Assembly (NCBI GenBank): GCA_963795125.1
Contig: CAWCGQ010000001.1
Coordinates: 1,175,024 to 1,239,023, forward strand
Direction of reading: 5' to 3'
Source: an uncultured Acidimicrobiia bacterium
Lineage (GTDB): Bacteria; Acidobacteriota; Vicinamibacteria; Vicinamibacterales; UBA2999
Length of the DNA: 64,000 bases
The notes below the pieces were generated by a model, which worked only from the letters and a program-made list of their open reading frames with translations, searched no databases and was not told where the DNA came from. A program made the position numbers and the translations under genes. Each line of letters begins with the position of its first letter. Within the stretch, counting starts at the first letter, position 1. Positions 54,122 through 63,663 of this stretch are shown here, piece by piece.

Positions 54122-55834
54122 ATGCTGATGACCCTTCGATCGACAGCGCAGGTGGTGGCCGGTCTGGTGGTGTGCGGACTGGCGGCGGCGGTCCAGGGCC
54201 AGCAGCCGCGGCAGGTCGACGATGCGATGCTGCTGAATCCATCCGACGCCGAGTGGATCACCTACGGGCGCGATCAGGCCGAGACCCATCACAGTCCGTT
54301 GAAGCAGATCGATCAGTCGAACGTCGCGCGGCTTGGCGTCGCGTGGTCGGCGGAGGTCGGCTCTGACGGCAAGCTCGAGACGACGCCGCTCGTGTTCAAC
54401 GGCGTGCTCTACGGCACCTCGACGTGGAGCCAGGTCTACGCCATCGACCTGCGCACCGGCAAGGTGAAGTGGCAATGGGACCCGGGTCTGGTGCGCGGCG
54501 GCTTCGAGGTCATGGGCCCGCGGCCGTGCTGTGGGCCGGTGAATCGCGGCGTCGCGCTCTATGACGGCAAGGTCTACGTCGGCCTGCTCGACGGGCGGCT
54601 GGTGGCCCTCGACGGCGAGACCGGCAAGCCGGTCTGGGCGGTGCAGACGACGCCGCCCAACAGCGATTACACGATCACCGGCGCGCCCCGCGTCATCAAG
54701 GGCAAGGTGGTGATTGGCCAGGGCGGCGCCGAATACGGGGTCCGTGGATTCCTGGGCGCCTACGATGCGCAGACCGGCAAGCCGGCGTGGCGGTTCTACG
54801 TGATCCCGGGCGATCCGTCGAAGCCGTTCGAAGACGAGGCGCTCGCGGTCGCGGCGAAGACCTGGAACGGTCAATGGTGGAAGTACGGCGGCGGCGGCAC
54901 GCCGTGGGACGGCATCGCCTACGATCACGAGCTCAATCTGATCTACGTCGGCACCGGCAACGGCTCGCCCTGGAACGCGCACCATCGCAGCCCCGGCGGC
55001 GGCGACAACCTGTATCTGGCGTCGATCGTGGCGCTCAATGCCGACACCGGCAAGTACGTCTGGCACTACCAGACGACACCGGGCGATCACTGGGACTACA
55101 ACGCGGCGCAGCCGATGATCCTCGCCGACCTGACCATCGCCAACCAACCGCGCAAGGTGATCATGCAGGCGCCGAAGAACGGCTTCTTCTACGTGCTCGA
55201 TCGCGTCACCGGCAAGATGATTTCAGGCGAGCCGTTCGTCTATACGTCGTGGGCGCGATCGATCGACATCAACACCGGACGGCCGGTCGAGACCGAAGAA
55301 GCGCGCTATCGCAACACGCCGGTCCGCCTGTCGCCGTCGCCGGTTGGCGCGCATCACTGGCCGCCGATGGCGTTCAACCCGGTGACCAGGCTGGTGTACT
55401 ACCCCGGCCAGGAAACCAGCTCCGTCTTCGCCAGTGAAGAGAAGTTCGAGTTCAAGGAAGGGCAGTGGAACCTCGGCCTGCGCCGCGGTCCCGGCGCCAT
55501 TCCCACGCCACCGCCCCCGGATCCCAAGGCGCCGCCACCGGGCGGGTTTTTCGTCGCGTGGGATCCGATCGCCAACAAGCAGGCGTGGAAGATCCCGTTT
55601 CTGGCCAGCGGCGGCGCGCTGTCGACCGCGGGTCAGTTGATCTTCGTCGGCAATTCCGCGGGCAAGTTCTTCGCGCTCGATCCGCTGAGCGGCAAGACGC
55701 TGTGGGAATCGCAGCTGCAGCAGGGCGTGGCGACACCGATCAGCTACGAGCTCGATGGCAGGCAGTACGTCGCCGTGATGTCGGGGATCTCGAAAGGGCG
55801 CGTCTACGGCTTCGCGCTCGACGCGAAACCGTAG
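54122..55834 (+). CDS. PQQ-dependent alcohol dehydrogenase (quinoprotein, type I-like), secreted
   Basis: Signal peptide. ..WITYGRDQAETHHSPLKQI.. Vicinal Cys-Cys (PRPCCGPVNRG) is characteristic of quinoprotein ADH/MDH. ..GDHWDYNAAQP.. GAGGAG RBS and a TACAAT box lie upstream. Confidence 0.88.
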   Translation: MLMTLRSTAQVVAGLVVCGLAAAVQGQQPRQVDDAMLLNPSDAEWITYGRDQAETHHSPLKQIDQSNVARLGVAWSAEVGSDGKLETTPLVFNGVLYGTSTWSQVYAIDLRTGKVKWQWDPGLVRGGFEVMGPRPCCGPVNRGVALYDGKVYVGLLDGRLVALDGETGKPVWAVQTTPPNSDYTITGAPRVIKGKVVIGQGGAEYGVRGFLGAYDAQTGKPAWRFYVIPGDPSKPFEDEALAVAAKTWNGQWWKYGGGGTPWDGIAYDHELNLIYVGTGNGSPWNAHHRSPGGGDNLYLASIVALNADTGKYVWHYQTTPGDHWDYNAAQPMILADLTIANQPRKVIMQAPKNGFFYVLDRVTGKMISGEPFVYTSWARSIDINTGRPVETEEARYRNTPVRLSPSPVGAHHWPPMAFNPVTRLVYYPGQETSSVFASEEKFEFKEGQWNLGLRRGPGAIPTPPPPDPKAPPPGGFFVAWDPIANKQAWKIPFLASGGALSTAGQLIFVGNSAGKFFALDPLSGKTLWESQLQQGVATPISYELDGRQYVAVMSGISKGRVYGFALDAKP

Positions 55835-55841
55835 CAGTGGC

Positions 55842-55864
55842 GGCACCCCCTCCGTGGGGGTGCC
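55842..55864. terminator. bidirectional hairpin terminator between PQQ-ADH and rarA
   Basis: GGCACCCCC-TCCG-TGGGGGTGCC forms a perfect 9-bp GC-rich stem between convergent genes. Confidence 0.65.
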
Positions 55865-57191
55865 TAGCCTTTTCGCTTCGATTTCCACCACGCCAGCCGC
55901 TTGACGATTTCCTTCTCGAACCCAAACTCCGTCGGTTTGTAGAACTGGCGGCCTTTCAGGTTGTCGGGCAGACAGTCCATGCTGGCGACCGCGTCCGGCT
56001 CGTCGTGAGCATACTTGTAGCCCTTGCCGTAATCGAGCTGCTGCATCAGTTTCGTCGGCGCGTTGCGGATGTGCAGCGGCACGGGCGAGGCAAAGTCGCT
56101 CTTCGCGGCAGCCGCCGCTTCGGTGTACGCCGGTACACGGCATTACTCTTCGGCGCGGTGGCCAGATACAGCACCGCCTGGGCCAGGGCGGTGTTGCCTT
56201 CGGGCATGCCGATGAAATGCACGGCGTCCTTCGCGGCCACCGTCATGGCGAGCGCCTGGGGATCGGCGTTGCCGATGTCCTCGGACGCGAATCGAATCAG
56301 CCGGCGGGCGACGTACTTCGGGTCTTCACCGGCTTCGAGCATCCGCGCCAGCCAGTAGATCGAGGCATCCGCGTCGCTGTTGCGCATCGACTTGTGCAGC
56401 GCCGACATCAGGTTGTAGTGCTCTTCGCCGCTCTTGTCGTAGAGCAGCATCTTGTTGGTGAGCACCTGATCGAGCAACGCCTGGTCGATGCGCGGCCGGC
56501 CGGCCGGGTTGGGCGCCGCGGACACCGTGATCTGCAGCAGGTTCAGCGCCGACCGGGCGTCGCCATTCGCAAACCGCGCGATCGCCCGCAGGGCATCGTC
56601 ATCCGCCTCGGGGTGGTCTCGGCCGAGACCGCGCTCGACATCGGTCAACGCGTTACGCAGGATCGAGATGAGCGCGTCTTCGTCCAGCGCCTTGAGGACG
56701 AACACCTTCGATCGCGACAGGAGCGCGGCGTTGACTTCGAACGACGGGTTCTCGGTGGTGGCGCCGATCAACACGATGTCGCCGCTCTCAACCCGCGGCA
56801 GGAACGCGTCCTGCTGTGCGCGGTTGAAGCGGTGAATCTCGTCGACGAACACGATGGTGCGCTTGCCGGTCATGCGGCGCCGCTGCTCGGCGGTGGCCAT
56901 CACGTCTTTCACTTCCTTGATGCCCGACAGCACGGCGCTGAAGGCGAGGAACTCGGCCTTCGTGAGATCCGCAATCAAGCGGGCGAGCGTGGTCTTGCCG
57001 GTGCCGGGCGGCCCCCACAGGATGATCGACTGCAGCCGATCGCGCTCGATCATCTCGCGCAACGGCCGGCCGGGCGCCACCAGATCGTCCTGGCCGACGA
57101 TCTCGTCGAGCGAGCGCGGGCGCATGCGCTCGGCGAGCGGAATGGTCCTCGGGTCGAGTGGCGCCGGCGGGTCGTCGTCAAACAGGCTCAT
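55864..57191 (-). pseudogene. rarA: replication-associated recombination protein A (AAA+ ATPase), frameshifted as assembled near 56131
   Basis: Start ATG 57191 (MSLFDDDPP..ILWGPPGTGKTTLA..) running to ..ATAPKSNAVY. It continues AYTEAAAAAKSDFASPVPLHIRNAPTKLMQQLDYGKGYKYAHDE.. in another frame (ORF 55864..56082). Confidence 0.9.
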
Positions 57192-57994
57192 GGCTGTCGA
57201 TCGCCGGCCACCGCCGGCCGCGGCGCGCGTTGTCGCTGCGCCTCGTACAGAACCAGGGCCGCGGCCACCGCGGCGTTCAGCGACTCGACCTGGCCGTGCA
57301 TCGGAATACTGACGCGGGTATCGGCCTCGGTGATCAGATCGGCGGGCAGGCCCGAACCCTCGCCGCCGAGCAACACCGCCGTCGGTTGCGTGAAGTCGAC
57401 GTCGTAGATCGACTCGCCGCCGCGAGGCACGGTAGCCGCGATGCGAACGCCGGCGGCACGCCAGCCGCCGACGAGCGTGGCCAGCGCGCGGCTGCGCACC
57501 ACCGGCAGGTGAAACGCGCCGCCCATCGACGCGCGCAGCGCCTTCCAACCCCACGGGTCCGCCGAGAGCTCGTCGAGCACCACCCCGGTTGCGCCCGCCG
57601 CGGCGGCGGAGCGAATGATCGCGCCGGCGTTGCCGGGGTCCTGCAAGCCGGTGGCAGCGAGGATCAACGCCGGCGCGGGCGCGAGCACGGCGGCGGCCGG
57701 TATCGACGGGACGCGCGCGGCCGCAACCACACCGGTGGGAGAGTTGACGGGCGAGAGCGCGTTCAGCACGGCGCCGGACACCTCCACCACCTGCGCGCCC
57801 GACCGCCTCAACCGCTCGACCACCGCGCCTTCTCGGTCGGTTGGCGGGCCGCAGATCGCGATCGTCTCGACGACGACGTGTGCGTCGGCGGCCTCACCCA
57901 GCAGGTGCCATCCGTCGAGCAGCATCAACGGACCGGCGCCGCGCGCGAGGTCGCGGAACTGCTTGACGAGAGGATGGTGACGGCTGGTGATCAC
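57188..57994 (-). CDS. TrmH/SpoU-family RNA 2'-O-methyltransferase
   Basis: ..LQDPGNAGAIIRSAAAAG.., ..VLLGGEGSGL.. and ..IPMHGQVESLNAAVAAAL.. are the SpoU motifs. Confidence 0.88.
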   Translation of the reverse strand: MITSRHHPLVKQFRDLARGAGPLMLLDGWHLLGEAADAHVVVETIAICGPPTDREGAVVERLRRSGAQVVEVSGAVLNALSPVNSPTGVVAAARVPSIPAAAVLAPAPALILAATGLQDPGNAGAIIRSAAAAGATGVVLDELSADPWGWKALRASMGGAFHLPVVRSRALATLVGGWRAAGVRIAATVPRGGESIYDVDFTQPTAVLLGGEGSGLPADLITEADTRVSIPMHGQVESLNAAVAAALVLYEAQRQRAPRPAVAGDRQP

Positions 57995-58038
57995 GCTCAG
58001 GAACCGATAATTAATATGCTACAGTCCTTGATTGAGCG

Positions 58039-58503
58039 ATGAAAGAAAGACTCATTAAGCGATTCGAAGACGAGGTCAACGCCCTCGAGCGCGAGCTGCA
58101 CATGGAGCTCCCCAAGGAGATCCAGCGCGCGCGCGAACTCGGCGACCTGCGCGAGAACGCCGAGTACCAGGCGGCGAAAGAGCGCCAGACCTACGTCAAC
58201 GCACGCATCGCCATGCTGAAGCGGCGGATGAGCGAGATCGCCTTGATGAACATGGATCGCATCCCGCACGGCAAGGCGGGGTTCGGATCCACCGTGACGA
58301 TTCGCGAAAAGGATCACGAGATGGTCTATCAGCTCGTGATGCCGGAAGACGCGGAAGCCGAGAAGGGGCTGATCTCGACCTCGTCACCGATCGGCCGCGC
58401 CATCCTGAACAAGGAGGAAGGCGACATGATCACCGTGTCCACCCCGAACGGCACGCGCAAGTTCGAAATCCTCAAGCTCGTTACCATTCACGACGAAGTC
58501 TAA
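58039..58503 (+). CDS. greA: transcription elongation factor GreA
   Basis: ..ARELGDLRENAEYQAAKERQ.. coiled-coil region and C-terminal ..ISTSSPIGRAILNK.. Confidence 0.93.
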   Translation: MKERLIKRFEDEVNALERELHMELPKEIQRARELGDLRENAEYQAAKERQTYVNARIAMLKRRMSEIALMNMDRIPHGKAGFGSTVTIREKDHEMVYQLVMPEDAEAEKGLISTSSPIGRAILNKEEGDMITVSTPNGTRKFEILKLVTIHDEV

Positions 58504-58506
58504 GTC

Positions 58507-59955
58507 GTGACGGAGCCTCGCGACTCCTACTCACCAGAGCGACGCACGGCCCTGCTGTTCACCGGCACGGGCGCCGACGGCGCGTACCATGCCGGGGCGA
58601 TGCGCGCGCTCCAGGAAGCCGGCGTCAAGATCGACGTCGTCGGCGGCCGCGGCATCGGCGCGATTGCGGCGGTGCTGGCGGCGGTCGACGGCGGGGCGCA
58701 GTTGTGGGAGGCCGGTGGGTTCTGGCGCGCGCTGGTGGTGCCCGATCTCTACCGGTGGCGCTGGCCGTTCGTGGTGCTGCGCTGGCTGGCGCTCGCGCTG
58801 CTGGCCGTGCTGGCGGTGCCGGCCGTGGTGATGCTGCTCGGCGTTGTCGTCTACCCGATCGCCCTGCTGCTCGGGATGGCGGGCCTCGATGCGGGAGCGC
58901 GATTCGTCGAAGCCTTCATCGGATGGCTGTCGCGCGCGTTCGCGCCGGCGGCGCTCCCCACCTGGATTCCCCGCCTGGCGGCGCTGCTGTCGACCGCGGC
59001 CTTGATGGCGCTCGGCATCGGCGCCTGGCTCGCCTGGTGGCGATCGCCGCTCTATCGGCGATCCACCGGCAACCGGCTGTGGACCCTGCTCGGGTCGCCG
59101 CTCGACGCCGGCGTGGCGATTCGGCACGCGACCGACGCGGTGTGGCGGCTGCTGAAGGGCGGCGCGGCGATCAAGACGCCGGAAGCGGATGACCTGAGCC
59201 GGCGATATGCCGAGCTGCTCGGGGAGAATCTCGGGCAGCCGGGCTTCCGCGAATTGTTGCTGGTCGTGCACGATCTCGACGCCACTCGCGATCTGGTGTT
59301 CGGGCTGGTGCGCGATCCGTATCGGCGGATGCTGTTCCCCTCGCCCGGCAGCGTCTCGGCGTCACGCCGGGCCGAAGCGCACGATCTGGCGAGCGGCACG
59401 CAGGGACTGCTGGCCGACGTGCTGGCCGCGGCGTTGAGCCTGCCGTCGGTGAGCGAGGCGCGGCTGGTGCGGTTCGCGCCGGATGCGTACTGGCGCGGTG
59501 AAACACATCGCCTGAGCGATCGCCCCGGCAGCATTGGCCGGCTGATCGAGGAAGCCGCGGCCGCGGGGGCGGAGCAGGTGATGATCGTCGCCGCGACGCC
59601 GGAGCCCCCTGGACCGCACGAACTGCGGCCGCCGAGACGCGACGGCCTTGGGCGGGTCGGCGAACAGATCGCCTCGGCGGAAACCGCCGCGCTGTCCGAC
59701 GCGGTTCGCCACCTGCACCATCGCTTCCAGGGGTTGTATCTGATCCGGCCGTCGCACAACCCAATCCGGCCGCTCGACCTCACCGGCGCCTACGACGAGC
59801 GCTCCGACCGCGTGCAGTCGCTCGACGAGTTGATGGAGCGCGGCTACGAGGATGCCTACCGGCAGTTCATCGAACCGTTCCTCGGCGCCTCCGGTGAGCG
59901 CGTGCCGCAGCTCGGGCGGCGGGCCACCGATCATCACAACTCGGCCACCGATTAG
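58507..59955 (+). CDS. patatin-like phospholipase-domain protein with TM insert; nucleophile motif degenerate
   Basis: ..LLFTGTGADGAYHAGAMRALQEAGVKIDVVGGRGIGAIAAV.. aligns to the patatin GGGxxG / GxSxG regions, but the Ser is Gly. Hydrophobic helices follow. GTG start. Confidence 0.75.
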   Translation: MTEPRDSYSPERRTALLFTGTGADGAYHAGAMRALQEAGVKIDVVGGRGIGAIAAVLAAVDGGAQLWEAGGFWRALVVPDLYRWRWPFVVLRWLALALLAVLAVPAVVMLLGVVVYPIALLLGMAGLDAGARFVEAFIGWLSRAFAPAALPTWIPRLAALLSTAALMALGIGAWLAWWRSPLYRRSTGNRLWTLLGSPLDAGVAIRHATDAVWRLLKGGAAIKTPEADDLSRRYAELLGENLGQPGFRELLLVVHDLDATRDLVFGLVRDPYRRMLFPSPGSVSASRRAEAHDLASGTQGLLADVLAAALSLPSVSEARLVRFAPDAYWRGETHRLSDRPGSIGRLIEEAAAAGAEQVMIVAATPEPPGPHELRPPRRDGLGRVGEQIASAETAALSDAVRHLHHRFQGLYLIRPSHNPIRPLDLTGAYDERSDRVQSLDELMERGYEDAYRQFIEPFLGASGERVPQLGRRATDHHNSATD

Positions 59956-59975
59956 GCACCGATTCGACACCGATT
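59944..59975. repeat. left inverted repeat: three 11-bp-phased CACCGATT units
   Basis: gCCACCGATTaggCACCGATTcgaCACCGATT. It overlaps the patatin gene stop. The reverse complement matches 60467-60497 at 29 of 31 positions. Confidence 0.85.
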
Positions 59976-60161
59976 CCGATACAGAACGGCGCATCCTCAC
60001 AAGCTCTCGCCCGTTTCTTCGGCCGGCATGGCGTTGTTGCCGTGATTCGGAGGGTTCCCCCAGAGCGCCGCCCGGTGCGTTTGGTCACTACCAGACCTGA
60101 ATTGGTCCATTAGGTTGCGGCATACAGTGCATTACCTCCCCGTCGCGCGCACTCGGCTCCA

Positions 60162-60296
60162 TCAACCACCACCCAGGGATTCGAAATACTGCCGTAAGAT
60201 TGGCCCGTCGAAGTGAAACTCCACATAGTCTTGAACAAAGCACACCGCAGATATTTGTGCGCCAACGAGATCCGTGAGGGTGGATATCGGCGTAGT
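60162..60296 (-). pseudogene. small ORF / probable gene remnant inside the lower-GC island
   Basis: MTTPISTLTDLVGAQISAVCFVQDYVEFHFDGPILRQYFESLGGG*. Protein-like sequence continues in the +1 frame (..NPWVVVDGAECARRGGNALYAAT*), suggesting decay. No family recognised with certainty. Confidence 0.35.
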
Positions 60297-60466
60297 CATG
60301 TGCTTTGCCCTAACATAGCTTTGGACCGTATCGAAGGTGCGCCATCGGATCGCCAAGAGGAATAGTTCGACCAGGCTTGAGGCTCCGCAACATCGAACGC
60401 GCGCTGCGGTCGCCCTCAAGAAAACGATTGCTCGCCCAAGGGCTCATCGCGAACTGATTGTGTTTT

Positions 60467-60498
60467 AATCGGTGTCAAATCGGTGTCTAATCGGTGGC
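60467..60498. repeat. right inverted repeat: three 11-bp-phased AATCGGTG units ending 7 nt before the downstream ATG
   Basis: AATCGGTGtcaAATCGGTGtctAATCGGTGGc. The downstream ATG is at 60505. Confidence 0.85.
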
Positions 60499-60504
60499 TG
60501 CATT

Positions 60505-61668
60505 ATGAAACAGGCAACCAAGCTGATTCACGCCGGCGAAGGTGTCGATGCCGGCGCGACGCCGCCCCTGACGACGCCGATCTACGAGACCAGCACGTTC
60601 GTGTTCGACTCGGCGGCGGACGTCGAGAGGTATCAGGAAGGGAAGCTCAACGGCTACCTCTATTCCCGCTACGAGAACCCGACCGTCGTCGCGGTGGAGC
60701 AGAAGCTGGCCGCGGTCGACGGCGCGGAGCTGTCGCTGCTCTTCAGCAGCGGCATGGCCGCCATTTCCACGGCGCTCATCACGCTGCTCGAAGCCGGCGA
60801 CGAGATTATTTGCTGCTCGGCGATTTACGGCGGCACCTTTCACATCATCGAGGATCTGCTTCCGAAACTGGGGATCGCGCGCCGGTTCGTCCCAATCGAC
60901 GCCCTGGCCGATGTCGCGTCCGTGGTCGGGCCCAAGACCAAGATCGTCTGGTTCGAGTCGCCGATCAACCCGACGCTGCGCTGCATCGACGTGCGCATGG
61001 TCGCCGCCGGCTGCAGGCAGGCGGGTGTGCTGTCGGTGGTCGACAACACGTTTGCCAGCCCGATCAACCAGCCGGTGCTGTCGATGGGTATCGATCTGTC
61101 GATGCAAAGCTGCACCAAATACCTCAACGGCCATAGCGACGTCACCGGCGGCGTGCTGTCCGGATCACAGGCACTGATGGCGCCGATCGCGAAGATGCGC
61201 CGCCTGCTGGGCGGCATCATGGATCCGCTGCCGGCGTATGCCCTCGGGCGCGGCCTGAAGACGATGCCGCTGCGCGTGGCGCAGCACAATGCCAATGCGA
61301 TGGCGGTGGCCGGCTTTCTCGAAACGCACCCCGGCGTCGAGCGCGTGTACTACCCCGGACTGGCGTCGCATCCGGACCACGCCACCGCGACAGCGCAAAT
61401 GAGCGGCTTTGGCGGCGTGGTCACCATCGACGTCAAGGGCGGGAAGGAAGGGGCCTATCGGGTGTTCGACAAACTCAACGTCATCAAGCGGGCCGCCAGC
61501 CTGGGCGGTGCCGAGAGCATTTGCAGCCTGCCGATCCTGACCTCCCAGTACGGGTTGACCGACGACGAACTGGTGAAGGCGGGTGTCTCGAAGGGGATGA
61601 TCCGGATGTCGATTGGCCTCGAGGACTCGGCCGACTTGATCGACGACCTGGATCAGGCGTTGCGGTAA
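60505..61668 (+). CDS. Cys/Met-metabolism PLP-dependent enzyme (cystathionine gamma-synthase / beta-lyase / methionine gamma-lyase family)
   Basis: MKQATKLIHAGE..TPIYETSTFVF.., ..YSRYENPT.. and the PLP-Lys context ..SCTKYLNGHSD.. Exact activity cannot be assigned from sequence alone. Confidence 0.88.
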   Translation: MKQATKLIHAGEGVDAGATPPLTTPIYETSTFVFDSAADVERYQEGKLNGYLYSRYENPTVVAVEQKLAAVDGAELSLLFSSGMAAISTALITLLEAGDEIICCSAIYGGTFHIIEDLLPKLGIARRFVPIDALADVASVVGPKTKIVWFESPINPTLRCIDVRMVAAGCRQAGVLSVVDNTFASPINQPVLSMGIDLSMQSCTKYLNGHSDVTGGVLSGSQALMAPIAKMRRLLGGIMDPLPAYALGRGLKTMPLRVAQHNANAMAVAGFLETHPGVERVYYPGLASHPDHATATAQMSGFGGVVTIDVKGGKEGAYRVFDKLNVIKRAASLGGAESICSLPILTSQYGLTDDELVKAGVSKGMIRMSIGLEDSADLIDDLDQALR

Positions 61669-63579
61669 CTCGCCGCGGAACCGTCGCCGCGGCCGCCGCC
61701 GTCCACCAGTTGCTGCGCCCACAGCTCCAGGGCGACTGGAATCCAGAAGGGCTCGGTGAGCGCCGGCGCCGACAACGAACGGCGCCACAACTCGCGCACC
61801 GCCGGCTCGCTGACCAGCCCGCGCTGCCTGATGCCTGGCAGCAGCCGATCCTCCATCAGCTCGATGAAGGGTGGGCTGCGGAAGTATTGCGACAGCGGCA
61901 GCGAAAAACCGCACTTGCGTCGATAGACAAACGCGTCATCGAAGCTCCGCCGCGCCAGCTGCTTGACCACCACCTTGGTCGATCGCTCCAGCGATCCAAC
62001 GCCGGGGGCAGCGTCGCCGACCAGATGTTCGGCTGGCAGTGTGCGCGCGAAATCGACCACGCGACGGTCGAGAAACGGCACCCGGTTTTCCACGCCGTGG
62101 GCCATGGTCATCTTGTCCTGGCGCACCAGCGAGTCGACCAGGTAGGTCTGCATGTCGTACTTCAGGCAGTTCGACAGGTGGTCGCCTCGGCCCTCGTGAA
62201 ATATCGCCGCGCGCCGCGCGAGAGCGGGCGCCAGGTCGGCCTCGGGTCGCAACCGCGACAGCTTCGACTCGGGCTGGAACTGCGTGGTCCGAATGAAGGT
62301 GTCGATCGGCTCGCCGGAGAAATGCCGGCTGCGGCGTTCACCCAGGTCGGCCATGCCCGCGAGATCGCGCGGACTGCCGATCGTCGACCGGAGATGCGCG
62401 AAGTAGAACCTTGAGTAGCCACCGAACACTTCGTCCGCGCCTTCGCCGCTGAGCAGCACCGTGGCCCGCTCACGCGAGCGGCGGGCGAGCAGCCAGATGC
62501 CCAGTGAATTGGGATGGCTGATCGGCTGATCCATGTGCCACGCCGCGCGCTCGAGCGGACCGATGAACGACGCGTCCGAGAACTGAAAGCGATGGCTCTC
62601 TACCTGTGCTGTCGTTGCCGCCTCTCCGATCCAGCGATCCTCCGAAAACTTGGCATCGTCGAACACCACCGAAAAGGCGGCCAGGTCGGCGGCGGCGTGC
62701 GCGCGCGCGAAGACGGTGACGAGGGACGAATCGATGCCGCCCGAGAGCTGGCAGCCGACCGTCACGTCACTCACGAGATGCGAGGCCACGCTGCGGCGCA
62801 GAACATCGTCGAGCCGATCGGTCGCCTCGTCGCGCGTCAGCGGCGAGCCTGCGGTGCCGTCAGGAATCGACCAGTAGCGCGCGGTGGTGACGCCGTCGGG
62901 CGTGATCCGTACGCGATGGCCGGGGCGCAGCTGGCGGACGCCCTTCAGCAGCGACGCCTCGCCGGCGACGTAGCGGAACGCCAGCTGCTCGTCGACGTGT
63001 GTCGGGGTCGATCGCCGCGATGAAGGCGGGATGCTCGAGAAAGGCCTTGGCTTCGGACGCAAACAGCACCGTCGATCCGGCGACCGCCCAGTAGAGGGGC
63101 TTGATGCCGAAATGGTCGCGCGCCAGATGCAGCTCGTGCGCGCGCAGGTCCGCGATGACGATCGCGAACATGCCGTTCAGCCGCTCCAGCATCCCCTCCA
63201 GCCCGTAGCGCTCGTAGAGATGCAGCACCACTTCGGTGTCGGTCCGGCTGCGGAAGCGAACGCCGGCGGCTTCGAGCTCCGCCTTGTAGTCGCAGGCGTT
63301 ATACACCTCGCCGTTGAGAGCGAGGACCACGGTACCCGACGGGTTGACCATCGGCTGGTGGCCCCGATCGGACAGGTCGAGAATCTTGAGACGCTGGAAG
63401 CCGATGGCGGTGTCGGCCGCGGCATCGGCGTCGGCGGCGATGTCACCCCGGCGCAGCGAGAGGCGGATGTGCCCGCGATCGTCCGGACCACGGTGGCGGA
63501 TGGCGCGCATCATCGCCGCCACGACGCCGGCGTCGACGGGCGCGCCGTCCAGATTGACGAAGCCGGCAATGCCGCACAT
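61653..63579 (-). pseudogene. asnB: asparagine synthase (glutamine-hydrolysing), frameshifted as assembled near 63005
   Basis: Start ATG 63579 (MCGIAGFV.., an Ntn Cys2) running to ..FLEHPAFIAAIDP. It continues THVDEQLAFRYVAGEASLLKGVRQLRPGH..SGGIDSS.. in ORF 61653..63062. Confidence 0.9.
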
Positions 63580-63588
63580 GGAGAGGAC

Positions 63589-63663
63589 AGTAGTCAGTAG
63601 CCAGTAGCCAGAATGCCAGAAGCCTAGTTGTCTGCCTGGCACTGGCTACTGGCTACTGGCTAC
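63589..63663. repeat. palindromic CAGTAGC-unit repeat (same family as 4153-4283); probable terminator of the downstream minus-strand gene
   Basis: The left arm CAGTAGTCAGTAGCCAGTAGCCAGAATGCCAG is complementary to the right arm CTGGCACTGGCTACTGGCTACTGGCTAC. It shares the 13-mer GCCAGTAGCCAGA (63600-63612) with 4210-4222. Confidence 0.75.

Noticed and set aside
54122-55834. Assigning the PQQ alcohol dehydrogenase as lanthanide- versus calcium-dependent from the ..WDYN.. segment.
   Set aside because: The discriminating residue cannot be placed reliably without a structure-guided alignment. Asn at the tentative position fits neither the Asp (Ln) nor the Ala/Ser/Thr (Ca) pattern I recall, so no call was made.
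58507-59955. Patatin-like gene as a CBASS/defence effector (CapV-like).
   Set aside because: There is no adjacent cyclase, nucleotidyltransferase or other defence gene. The neighbours are greA and a Cys/Met enzyme, and the catalytic Ser is missing.
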